Assembly (NCBI GenBank): GCA_012295275.1
Contig: CM022667.1
Location: 13,516,001-13,580,000, forward strand
Reading direction: 5' to 3'
DNA: 64,000 bases
From: Chrysomallon squamiferum
Lineage: Eukaryota; Animalia; Mollusca
In this document: in pieces, positions 40,330-52,982 of the stretch
Layout of the letters: each line of letters opens with the position of its first letter
How positions within the stretch are numbered: position 1 is the first letter of the stretch
Notes under the pieces: generated by a model
The model's database searches: none
What the model was told of the DNA's origin: nothing
Seen by the model: only the letters and a program-made list of their open reading frames with translations
Position numbers and translations under genes: made by a program

Positions 40330-41741
40330 CTTGATATTTGCTGAATAAAGAAAATTAAATAAATTATTTTATTTATTTATTTATTTGTTTGTTTGTTTGT
40401 TTTATCTCTAGATCTGTGCGATTTGAAAATGAGAAATGTAATTTTCATTATCACCAACAGCTATCGATTTTTATTTCTTGATTTTTATTTTATTTTATTT
40501 TATTTTATTTTATTTTATTTTTTTATGTTACGTTTACTGATTCTGATCACTGAAATATTTTTAAACAATCAAAATGACAGAAACAACAACAATAATAATA
40601 TTAAGAAGAAGAAGAAGAACAGCAGAAAGAAAAGCAATAATGGCTATAGTAATTATAATTAATTATATATATATAAAATAAATGATGATTCTTTCCCAGA
40701 AGAATTTAAAAAAAAAAACTGAAGAACTTAAAACAAAAAGATATCTATATCAAAATAAATAAATAAATAAATAAATAATAAATAAATACTTGTATTAAAT
40801 TTAAACAATCAGTTTAGCTATCACGTTAGCCATAATGACTATTATGATCACGACAACGACAGCGATTACAAAAGTTAATGTAAAATAATTGCTATAAGAA
40901 AACCCACAACTGCATCTACTTTAACAGCCATTCGAATCAATGAAAAAATGAGAACTCGAATATAACAGTTTTGGTATACACTTGACTCTACAGTCAATTT
41001 TGATCAACTGCTCCTACTACTGTATTATTAGAACACCTACTACTAACACAACAACAACAATAACGATACTCTTACAAGAACTATAACTATTAGTATTACT
41101 ACTACTAAAACTACTACAACTACTAAAGCAGCAACAACTACTAATACTATTACTACTACAATTACTACTACTATTACTACTACTAATACTATTACTACTA
41201 CAATTACTACCACTGAACTACTACAACAACAATTTCTACTGCAATTACCATTACTACGACTGTTACTACTAGTATTATTCTTCTTATTCTATAACTAGTG
41301 CAGTTACAACGTCTACTACAGCAATACCAGCAAAATCAACTACTACTACAGCCATCATAACCACTACTACTACTAAAAATACTACCGCTATCAAAGAATC
41401 ATAACCAGAATTACAACTTTTACAGTAAATTTGGTTAATGAAGATAAATTATTGCTCAATTAATGGACTCAAGAAATCACCCTACTTTTCCGACTGATGA
41501 CACACTTATGTGTTAAACATTAACTGCTTTAAGAAGTAACTTCAATAAAAATATCTTCTACCAGTTTCTATGGCTCTTTCAGTTATTTAAAATTGATAGC
41601 AGCTTAATTTTAGATGGGATCACCAAGAACTACAAAAACAAAAACAACTACTATTTCTACTATTATTATTACTACTATAACTATTACTAGTACTATAAAT
41701 CTTCTAGTACAAATACTTTTACTACGTTGGTGAATACTACG

Positions 41742-41774
<33 letters not shown>

Positions 41775-41983
41775 GTTATTATTATTATTATTATTATAAT
41801 CATCATCATCATCTTTATTATTTTATTACTACTGGTGCTGTACAATGTCTACTACAGCAACGCCAACAAAATCACTACTACTAAGACCATCATAACCAGT
41901 ACTACTTATACAAATACTATAGCTATCAAACAGTCATAACAAACTACTATTTTTACAGTAAATATGGTTAATGAAGATAAATT

Positions 41984-42536
41984 CTGTTGTCAGCTGTCTT
42001 CGTGTGTTCGAAAATGGCAGACAGGTATGTGTAAATAAATATACGTACACTTTTCATTTATGTTCAAACAGAATAATTGTGTGGATACATGCATCAGTCA
42101 CGTGTGTGTGAGTGTGTTTGTGTGTGTATATGTGTGTATGTCCGTGTATCTACACCTCTTGATAGACAGATAGATATAGATTACATAGATAGAAAGATAT
42201 GGGAAATGAATGGATGGATGGATAGAAGGATAGATAGATTGTTACACTGATACATAGATAGATTGACGTCGTCAGTTGAATTATATCTTACTAAATGTCT
42301 ATTTAATACAAGTAATGAAAATAGTTTTATTTTAACTGTCATTGAAGCTGCATTGGAACAAGATGGATTTGGATTGAGAAAGAAAAATATGATTATTTCA
42401 CTGCACCTAACGCTACAATTTACGAAGCCACTGACGTCAAGACCATGATGCATTGTGGCTCTGCCTGCACCAGGAATCCAGCATGTTTTTCGTTTGCCTA
42501 CGACAACGGAAAATGTCGCCATTATTCTGTGACATT
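41984..42536 (+). pseudogene. Inverted A' 5' fragment: exon 1 lacks its ATG (ends 42024), exon 2 42348-42536 truncated
   Basis: A deletion joins ATGAAGATAAATT to CTGTTGTCAGC and leaves an in-frame TAA upstream. Same exon-2 breakpoint as 25297. Confidence 0.85.
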
Positions 42537-42782
42537 AGAAATTAACTTTTCATCATCTTATTTATATTTTATTTTACTGTTAACAGAAGTGTTGTTTGAG
42601 GTAGGCAAAACGAAGCAAATTATTTTAGATGGTGGTAGTGTAACCAAACTGATTCAAACAAAAAGCTATTGTTATTACTATGCTTACAATCACAGGTGCA
42701 ACAAGACAATAATATGGATGAAAAAAAATCCTAATTTTGTAAATGCTGAGATAAACTAGGCTCTCAATTATTATTATCACAG

Positions 42783-43930
42783 GTGCAACACAATAATGAC
42801 ATGGATAAAAAATCCTAACTTTGAAAATATTGAGATAACGAAGGCTCTCATATCTTCTGCTGAAAGAATTACATCACGAGGGCATTGTGGGATACGATGC
42901 GCAGATAACTCGTCCTGTGTTTGGTTTTCGTACAACGTGTATGGAACGTGTCGTCTGCATTATTTGAGATTTATGAATTCGAGCAGCTTTTCAGCTTCAC
43001 CTGGCTGGACGCACTTTTACCTGAGTGCAGGTAGAAAATTACAGACACACGCACATACAGACAAATATTTTAAAAAATGTACTTAAAAGCATCAAAACAC
43101 ACACACAGACAGTAATAATAATTTAAAAATATATTTGTAGGATAGAAAAGAAATTTCTAGAACTACTCTTTCAACAGAAATTAATCCATATATGACTTTA
43201 CTATAAGTATTATTCTTAATTCTGAAAACAAATTATAATTTTAAAAACTTTTTAGAAATTATTATCATTTCCTGGCAGGTTCCTGTCCAGTGGATGATGG
43301 GTTTGTTTATCTGGACAATCTGAATCTATGTTTCAAAGTAGTCAGCGATAAGAAAAATTTTACTGAAGCACATGACGCCTGCAGTAAGATAGGTTCAAGA
43401 CTGATTGTACTGGACACAGAAGAGAAAAACACAGCTGTCGGTGACTACATACAAGCAAACATAGGTAGGAATATATACATACATATAACTACCACTGCTC
43501 ATAGACAGTTAGTTAAAAAATAATTAAAAAGAAAGAAAAAAGAAAAAGAAGAAGAAGAAAAACGTCTTCATCAGTACCTACCGTCTTCATCTGTGTGGTC
43601 TAGGTAAAGTATGCATTAGCTTTATATTGTTTTCATTGTTGTTTTTGTTTTCATTGTTGTTGTTGTTATTGGTATTGTTATTATTACTATTATTTTTATT
43701 ATTATTCAGACGCAGAGAACTATTTGTACATCGGACTGACTGACTTGGATACAGAAGACGTGTATGTTTGGGAGAACGGAGTTCAGGCAGTGTTTTTCAG
43801 CTGGGGAGTAAATCAACCTAACGTCGGTGTTTCTAACGAAGACTGTGTTATGTTATATTTTCGGGTGAACACATGGCATGATTTTGACTGTACTGTAAAA
43901 GAAAATTTCATCTGTGAGAAATCAATGTGA
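42783..43930 (+). CDS. Subfamily C PAN-CTLD exons 2-4 (42783-43030, 43279-43464, 43710-43930), QPN/WHD motifs; own exon 1 absent
   Basis: All three exons are open and near-identical to 51820-52982. No MHYS exon lies upstream, so expression is uncertain. Confidence 0.7.
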
Positions 43931-45958
43931 TTTTTCTGTAGTGTCAAAATATATATATCTGATTCTGTTACAAATGAAACTGACAAAATCAGTTCATTCA
44001 TTTTATCATTTTACTCTCTAATGAATCAGTAATTTATAAATTCTGACGATAATGCTGATTATTGTGTTAATCCTGATATTCAGATGACGTTGATTAAACT
44101 ATTTTAGTTGCCTGAAACAGAGTTATGCTTTCCTTCATCATGTTTTGCTCGCCTCACTGTCAATAGCATTTCATAAATGAATCATTTAGAGCAGGAATCG
44201 CTGTAGTTCAAAAAGCAACAATTAATTAATTAAATTTTAAATAGGTCTCCTCTACTAAAAAGCATGTCAACAGAACGAAAGCAAGAAATTTAACTAAACT
44301 GCATGCAAAGCAGTCAGTTACTTCTTGTCAGTCTAAATGTAACCATGTCTTTAGTAGCGAATAATCTGAATTTGTTTCAGTCATTTTATAATTGAGTAAT
44401 ACATCTAATCAGGGAAAGTTACTCAGAATTGAAATAAATCTAATTAAACTTCTAGTAGGAAATAAGAATTATATAAAATGTATTTCTTAAACAGTCATCG
44501 GAGAACATTTTGGATTTCCGAGTTAAATTCATTTATGTATCGTCAGAGGTAACGAAAAAAAGTGCAACAACAAGAACAATAACAGAAACAAGCAAAGCCT
44601 AAAGAAAATTAAATTAAAATAAATAAAGCAGAATCAACCAACATGAAAATAAATACAAACAAAGAAACAAACAAAAAAAAAAAAAAAACCCAACAATAAC
44701 AAAGGAAATAAAACAAAAATGTAATAATTAAGAAATAAATCCTTTAAAAAAATAATAATAAAAATATAAATAAACAAAATGTTCAGTGTTTCTGCTTTAC
44801 TAAAAGCATGTTAATATAAACAAAGCAAGAAACGTAAGTAAATTCCTTGTAACGTAATAAAATTGACTCATACAAACACCCTCGGTTAAAAGAAAAGAAT
44901 CTCACAACAATAATAGTAACAACAACAACAACGAGAACAGATTAATATATATATATATATATTTTTTTTAATAATATAAATAAATAACAACAAAACAAAA
45001 CAAGGGCTCCAAAATAAAAATTATATTAGAAATGTTCTCAGAAGTCTTCTAATGAGATCTTTCTTCTACAACAATCATCACAACAGTACAAACAACAACA
45101 AGAACAACAACTACTACTACAACTGATAGCAATAGTACTAGTACTAATCATATATAGTTAAAGGAAAAAGTAAATATATATACAAAAAAAATAGTAAATT
45201 TCTGAATTTTCACTAGAAAGAAAACAGAAAAACAACAACAACAAACACGCCAAAAAAAAAAAAAAAAAAAAAAGGTTTGTAGAGAGAACTAACAATAAAG
45301 GAAGTAAAACAGAAGAATAATAATTAAAAATAAAACTCCTCAAAAAGAACAAACAAAAACATGAAATAAAATAATAGAATCACAGTTGACTGCTGTCAAA
45401 CCAAACATACCAAATATCGGTTTACATTGATTCATTGATTTTGTATACATTTATACCTGTCTCTGAATGATTAAAAATTAAATTTCAAGCATGAACTTTG
45501 AATAATTACGACTTGCTCTGTTGTTTATTAAAATATCTGTAGTTATAACAGTACCATATACTATATAAAAAATGTATTGAGTCAACATTATCATTGTCAT
45601 GGCAAAGAAGCTGTTCTGTTGCAGTTGTTGCTTTTGATGTTCTTTTGGTCGATGTCATTTGCAATCCTGGGGATGTGTTTCGTACATTCATTTATTGTCA
45701 GTTACAATCAAATGGTCTTGAATGTAGTCATCAAAAATTAAACTACATTTACTGGAGTATAAAGCACTTCAATTGGCATTTTAGTCATTACTTCTTCACC
45801 ATTCTTTGAGTATAATACCACGTTGTATTTCAATTAAGTTTCTAAGAGTTTTGTTTATTTAGATATTATTAGGACTCATATTTGATACTGATAAGTTTCA
45901 CGGAGTTTGTGATATATATTAAGGTGAACTGCCAGTTATAGAAAAGTTAGCAGCTAAA

Positions 45959-47532
45959 ATGAAAATCTTTCTCATCGAAGGAATCTGGGTTTTGGCTGCC
46001 GTCTTATGTTGTAAAACTGCAGAAAGGTAGGTGTGAATTTGCTGAGAGAGATTTTCTTGGAATTTTCCCATGTTTTATTCTTTTGACGCTACAGTAAGTA
46101 TAAAAATTGGGTAATCTATCAGTGCTATCTCTGGTTTAAAGAGTCACATAAAACTGTATAAAAACAATGGTCAAAATGGACTTGTCCTGTAAACTAATAC
46201 AGGCCGTCTTACGTTTCTCAGATCTTAATAGGTATTCTTCAAGATGCGTTTATAAATTAATAAGACTTTCTTGGAATTTTCCTCTGATTTCTTGCTTTGA
46301 CTCCGCAATAAATAAAAAACAAATTGGGTAATCTTAATGTACACATCTTCCATTTGCTACGATTTATTTTTGTTTCAATGCTAACTCTGATTTAAAAAGT
46401 CACCTAAAACTGTATGAAGAAAATTTCGCTTGAAAATTTGTTTTGTTAAATCAATCAATTCTGTATTTTAATTTCACTGTGGCAGTGTACATTGGTTTGC
46501 TTATTTTAAATTTGGTAAGGCGGGAAATTCCTTGTTTTGTTCTTTCTTTCCTTCTTTTGTTTTTAATTTATTATTATTATCTTAGTTTATTTTTGAGAAA
46601 GGCTTTCGGCTACAAACAGCGTATTATTAACTTAGAGTAAAACACGTGTTGTTAAAATCAGAGTATCAATGTATGTTTTGATTCTAAAAATACATGTGCT
46701 TTTCGAAGTATATATATATATTTGTTTTCTTTCTTAGTAGATGTTTTATTATTGTAGATGCAGCCCTCCATCTATCTGGATTAGAAATGTAAATTTTGAC
46801 GATGTTGATGTAAACGATGGGCTCATAACTACTGTAGCTGGATTTACAAGCGCAGGGTTTTGTGGGATACGATGTGCAGGTTACTCTGTCTGTAAATCGT
46901 TTTCATACAATGTGAGTGGTGTTTGTCGACTCCATTCAGTGAGATTTTCAAATTACAACAGTTACTCTAAATCACCTGGCTGGAACTACTTCTACCTCAG
47001 TGCAGGTAACGTAGGTTTTATTAATTAATTAATTATTTCTTTGTTTCTTTCTTTCTGTCTGTCTATCTTTAAGAGTTTATGAACTTATTAGTTGCCTACA
47101 TCTTTATCAAATGTAATTTTCTATAATAATAATAATAATAATAATAATAAATCAATTAGTTGTTTAGAACCATTTGTAATGAAGAAATCATTTTCAAATT
47201 TTCTATAAGACATTTTGATCGAAAGAAATTAACTGTTTCATTCTCACAGGTTCATGTCCAGTAGAAGACGGGTTTGTGTACTTGGACGAAGTGCATCTGT
47301 GTATGAAGGCTTTTGTGGATAAGAAAACATTTTCTCAAGCACGTGACGCCTGCAGTCAGATAGGTTCAAGACTGATTGTACTGGACACAGAAGAGAAAAA
47401 TACGGCTGTTGGTGACTACATCGTTGCACACATAGGTAAATTCGTTTCCTTCATCATTATCATCATCACTATTATTATTATCGTCGACAATATCGCATGC
47501 ATTGTTTTCATCACTATCATAATCATCATAAC

Positions 47533-47586
<54 letters not shown>

Positions 47587-47780
47587 TATTATTATTATTA
47601 TTATCATCATCGTCGTGATCCTCACTGATATTATTATTATTTACTACTAATTCTACTACATCCACCACCAGCCTCATCCCTACCACTGTTACTATTGATA
47701 CTGCTACTACAACTACCGATACAACCATGACCACGGCTACTGTTACTACTACTACTACTACTACTAACTCTACATCCGTT

Positions 47781-47819
<39 letters not shown>

Positions 47820-47836
47820 CATCATCATCATCATCA

Positions 47837-47874
<38 letters not shown>

Positions 47875-48096
47875 TTAGCCACAGACAACTTTTACATCGG
47901 TCTAACAGACGAGAAGGTTGAAAACACGTTTGTCTGGGAGAATGGTGAAGCGGTAAAGTTCACGAGCTGGAACGAAAATGAACCAAGTGATGGTGCCAGA
48001 ACTGAAGACTGCGTCATGTTAGTACGAACAGATAAAGTGTGGGGAGATGTGCCCTGTTCTCGATACGAAAAATACATCTGTGAAAAACTTATGTGA
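45959..48096 (+). CDS. Subfamily B PAN/Apple + C-type lectin, intact, 239 aa, EPS/WGD motifs. Exons 45959-46026, 46758-47005, 47250-47435, 47879-48096
   Basis: 68+248+186+218 = 720 nt, open. Signal MKIFLIEGIWVLAAVLCCKTAER; PAN FCGIRCAGYSVCKSFSYNVSGVCRLH; CTLD ..SWNENEPSDGARTEDC..VWGDVPC..YICEKLM*. Confidence 0.9.
46059..46531. promoter_or_regulatory. Three Rel/NF-kB-like sites in intron 1 (46059-46069, 46273-46282, 46522-46531)
   Basis: GGAATTTTCCC, GGAATTTTCC and GGGAAATTCC; the last fits the GGGRNWYYCC consensus exactly. Confidence 0.5.
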
Positions 48097-48596
48097 CGGT
48101 CACCAGAATTGACAAAAATGAAGGAATTTCAAAAAGATATCGATGAAAAACAAAAAAATGAAAATAGATAAAAAACATGCAAAAACACAACAAACATATA
48201 AAGAACAATAGGAAAGAAATAAACACACACAACATGTAAACGTGCTCATTCATTTCTTGTCTCAGTTTAACACGTAATGTTGTTATTGATCTCAACGTAA
48301 AGAAGTTTTGTTATTTGTGTTTCTATCAAAAGGATATCGATGAAAAGAAAAAGTAAACGAAAACAAAAAACCCCTAAAACTGTTGATATAAATACTTTTT
48401 TTTTTGTATTGTTCAGTATACCACATTTAACTGAAATTGTTCAGAATTCAGTACTAAGACTGCAAGCAAAATGTACAAAATGAAACGAATGTGACAAATA
48501 TAAACACAAACTAAACAATAAAAATACAACAAAGAAGAATTGTGTTTCAATTTATTGATTTAACTGACATGCATTACAATATTTTCACTGGTGCAG

Positions 48597-48796
48597 TTAA
48601 TACAAATGTGATTCACATATGTAAAACATAGCTGGATAACTAGGAATACCAGCCCATTTTTTTATATCGGCATCAAACACAGTGCAGTGTTCGTTATTAT
48701 TTTCATCCCAGTTTGTAAAAGTGGCTTTTTCAACATTCTTCCAGATTATCTCATCTTTCTTAGTTAGGCCAATATAGAACCAACCTGAATTTAACC
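48597..48796 (-). pseudogene. Orphan subfamily A' CTLD exon 4 (exons 1-3 were not duplicated)
   Basis: Open 200-nt exon nearly identical to 57688-57887; the duplication ends within intron 3 at ~50689. Confidence 0.85.
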
Positions 48797-49734
48797 CTGT
48801 AAAATAAATAATAATAACTACAGTAACACACGTGTTAGTAGAAATTGTAGCTGTAGTAGTAATAGTAGGACAAGTAGCAGTAAAGGCAATAGTAGAAGTA
48901 ACAATATCAGTTGTAGTAGCAGTAATAATAGTTGTAGTAGGAGTAGTAATATTAATAATATAATGGCAGTAGTGTAGATAGCAATACCAGTAAGAGCAAC
49001 AGCAGAAATCATAGCAGTAGTCATAGTAATACTAGTAGTGGGAACAGTTGCATTAGCAGTAGTGGTTGCAGTAGCAGTAGAAAGTATAGTAGAAACAGCG
49101 CAGTAGTAGTAGAATTTGTATTAGTTGTATCAGCATAATTAGTCGTAGTAATATTAATCGTAACAGTAGCAGTAGATATAGTAATTGTACTAACAGTTTC
49201 AGTAGAGTTAGTAGTAGTAGCAGCTGTGGCATCAGCAGTAATAGTATTAGTGGTTTTGCTACTAGGAGTAGTAGTGGGAAAGTAGTAATAGAAGCAGTAG
49301 TTTTAATACTACTAGTATTGGTATTAGTAGTAGCAGGAGTGGTACTAGTAGTAGTGATAATAACAGTAGTATTAGCAGTTGTATCATATGAAGCAGTAGG
49401 AGTAACAGGAATAATATTACTAGTAGTAGTAGTAGTAGTAATACTTTTACAGGTGTTAATAAATAGTAGCTGCATTAGTAGTAGTGTGATAATAGTAATA
49501 GTAGTACAAAAGCATCCACACCAGCAGAATTAGTAGTAGTAAGAGGAGAAGGAGGAAGAGTACTAACTGAATGAGTAGTAAATAAAGTAATAATAGTAAT
49601 AGCAACATGTGTAGCAGTAGGAGTAGCGATGGCTGTACTAACAGCATGTGTAGCAGTAGGAGTAGCAATGGCTGTACTAACAGTAGTAGTAGTAGTGGTA
49701 GCACTAATAACAGTTGAAGTAGTAATAGTAGTAG

Positions 49735-50405
49735 TAATAGCTGTAGTAGCTGTGGTAACATTAGTAGTAATTGTAATGCCAGGAGTAGTGTTAGTTGCAG
49801 CAGTAAGGTTGTATCAGCATTTGTAATTGTTGTTGTAGTAATAGCTGTAGTAGTAATAGCTGTAGTAGCTGTGGTAACATTAGTAGTAATTGTAATGCCA
49901 GGAGTAGTGTTAGTGGCAGCAGTAAGGTTGTATCAGCATTTGTAATTGTTGTTGTAGTAATAGCTGTAGTAGTAATAGCTGTAGTAGCTGTGGTAACATT
50001 AGTAGTAATTGTAATGCCAGGAGTAGTGTTAGTAGTAAGGTTGTATCAGCATTTGTAATTGTTGTTGTAGTAATAGCTGTAGTAGTAATAGCTGTAGTAG
50101 CTGTGGTAACATTAGTAGTAATTGTAATGCCAGGAGTAGTGTTAGTGGCAGCAGTAAGGTTGTATCAGCATTTGTAATTGTTGTTGTAGTAATAGCTGTA
50201 GTAGTAATAGCTGTAGTAGTAATAGCTGTAGTAGTAATAGCTGTAGTAGCTGTAGTAACATTAGTAGTAATTGTAATGCCAGGAGTAGTGTTAGTTGCAG
50301 CAGTAAGGTTGTATCAGCATTTGTAATTGTTGTTGTAGTAATAGCTGTAGTAGCTGTGGTAACATTAGTAGTAATTGTAATGCCAGGAGTAGGGTTAGTT
50401 GCAGA
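49735..50405 (+). repeat. Minisatellite, ~5.5 units of 113-149 bp
   Basis: GTAAGGTTGTATCAGCATTTG recurs at 49803, 49922, 50035, 50154 and 50303. Confidence 0.92.
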
Positions 50406-50875
50406 AGTAGTGGTAGTAGCAGCCTTTGTAATTGTTGTTGTAGTAATAGGACTGGTAGTATTCGTGAGAGTAGAAGCAAAACTAGTAAGTAATAACAGTA
50501 TCAATAATAAATACGACAGCTCTAGTAACAACTTACATAGCAGTATAACACTGGTAGTTACGGCAGCAATACTAATAGAGATTAATACTAATACTATCAG
50601 TAGAGATTGTGGTAGCAGCAGGAGAAGTAGAAATCGTAGAAGTGGTAATCCTACTAGTATTATTAGTAGTAACAGTCGTAGTGGTAATAAAAAAACAAAA
50701 TCATTAAAACAGTGCAAAATAAAATATGTAAATGCGAAGAACATACATATGTTACACTGCTATAACAAGGCTTTTGTTCGATTTAAGTCGTTTTTATCGG
50801 ATCACTTCTATAACAAAAATTCACCTTCCTTGTCAAAATAATAAACGATTTGTTATTTAGTTATTTATTTATTCA

Positions 50876-50921
<46 letters not shown>

Positions 50922-51440
50922 GATTGATTGATTGATTGACTGATTGATTCTTATATTTATTTACGTATTTATTTATTTTTATTTCATTTTTTTTTTCATT
51001 TCAATTTTATCCACACACACGAAATATATTATGAGTTTATAGTGTATTTAATCCCCTCTGTTATTATGTAATCACATATATTTCATAAATAAACAATTAG
51101 AGCGAGCGATATTGACTTAAATTGTAAAATATTTCATTGACTATTTTTCAGTATATTTTTCTGCACATAATACAAAAAAGAAAAACAATAACAAATAAAT
51201 AAATATATAATGGTATCGTATTTCCGAGATCTATTGGGGTTTACTATTTTCAGGCATTTGAGAATTCTCTTGTTAACACAACACCAAACATATTGACTGA
51301 AGTTGTGTGCATCTATACTTGAATTTCATTCTGTTGGAAAGGTTATCAGTATTTAATACGAACCAGCTTAAGCAAGACACAGTATAGTACGAATTATTAT
51401 ACTGGTCAGTTTGGGTGAATTTCGTTCATATTTGCCAGAG

Positions 51441-51664
51441 ATGCACTACTCACCATTTATTTTGTTGGTAGCATTTGTAATCTGTAGCCACGGTAACGAG
51501 AGGTATGTAATATCTGAGTTTATATGTTGTTAACTATATGTGAGGACAGAGATAAAATTTACAACAAAGATATTGCAATAGGAGAAATGTGTCGTTATAA
51601 AATCAAATCAACTTTTTATTGATTGATTGATTTTAATTTTATTAAAAAAAATAATAATAATAAC

Positions 51665-51703
<39 letters not shown>

Positions 51704-51760
51704 TTAATAACATTTTTAAGATAAAATTATTATTTCTATTATTATTATTATTATCATTGA

Positions 51761-51814
<54 letters not shown>

Positions 51815-52982
51815 CACAGGTGCAACACAATAATGACATGGATAAAAAATCCTAACTTTGAAAATATTGAGATAACCAAGGCTCTCATATCTTCTGCTGA
51901 AAGAATTACATCACGAGGGCATTGTGGGATACGATGCGCAGATAACTCGTCCTGTGTTTGGTTTTCGTACAACGTGTATGGAACGTGTCGTCTGCATTAT
52001 TTGAGATTTATGAATTCGAGCAGCTTTTCAGCTTCGCCTGGCTGGACGCACTTTTACCTGAGTGCAGGTAGAAAATTACAGACACACGCACATACAGACA
52101 AATATTTTAAAAAATGTACTTAAAATCATCAAAACACACACACAGACAGTAATAATAATTTAAAAATATATATATTGTAAATATATTTGTAGGATAGAAA
52201 AGAAATTTCTAGAACTACTCTTTCAACAGAAATTAATCCATATATGACTTTACTATAAGTATTATTCTTAATTCTGAAAACAAATTATAATTTTAAAAAC
52301 TTTTTAGAAATTATTATCATTTCCTGGCAGGTTCCTGTCCAGTGGATGATGGGTTTGTTTATCTGGACAATCTGAATCTATGTTTCAAAGTAGTCAGCGA
52401 TAAGAAAAATTTTACTGAAGCACGTGACGCCTGCAGTCAGATAGGTTCAAGACTGATTGTACTGGACACAGAAGAGAAAAACACAGCTGTCGGTGACTAC
52501 ATACAAGCAAACATAGGTAGGAATATATACATACATATAACTACCACTGCTCATAGACAGTTAGTTAAAAAATAATTAAAAAGAAAGAAAAAAGAAAAAG
52601 AAGAAGAAGAAAAACGTCTTCATCAGTACCTACCGTCTTCATCTGTGTGGTCTAGGTAAAGTATGCATTAGCTTTATATTGTTTTCATTGTTGTTTTTGT
52701 TTTCATTGTTGTTGTTGTTATTGGTATTGTTATTATTACTATTATTTTTATTATTATTCAGACGCAGATAACTATTTGTACATCGGACTGACTGACTTGG
52801 ATACAGAAGACGTGTATGTTTGGGAGAACGGAGTTCAGGCAGTGTTTTTCAGCTGGGGAGTAAATCAACCTAACGTCGGTGTTTCTAACGAAGACTGTGT
52901 TATGTTATATTTTCGGGTGAACACATGGCATGATTTTGATTGTACTGTAAAAGGAAATTTCATTTGTGAGAAATCAATGTGA
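51441..52982 (+). CDS. Subfamily C PAN/Apple + C-type lectin, intact, 238 aa, QPN/WHD motifs. Exons 51441-51502, 51820-52067, 52331-52516, 52762-52982
   Basis: 62+248+186+221 = 717 nt, open. Signal MHYSPFILLVAFVICSHGNER; CTLD ..SWGVNQPNVGVSNEDC..TWHDFDC..FICEKSM*. Confidence 0.9.

Larger units (their letters stand above)
38509..42536 (+). repeat. Inverted duplicate of 60031-64000; 39635-43263 is also a direct duplicate of ~22125-26100
   Basis: The reverse complement of 63961-64000 matches 38509-38548, and colinearity holds through to the PAN-exon breakpoint. Confidence 0.88.
42767..50689 (+). repeat. Recent tandem segmental duplicate of ~51805-59137
   Basis: Near-identical C gene, B gene and A' exon 4 in the same order and spacing (offset ~9 kb). 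Confidence 0.92.

Noticed and set aside
49735-50405. Regularly spaced repeats as a CRISPR-like array
   Set aside because: The intervening sequence is itself repeated rather than unique, the context is eukaryotic, and there are no cas genes.
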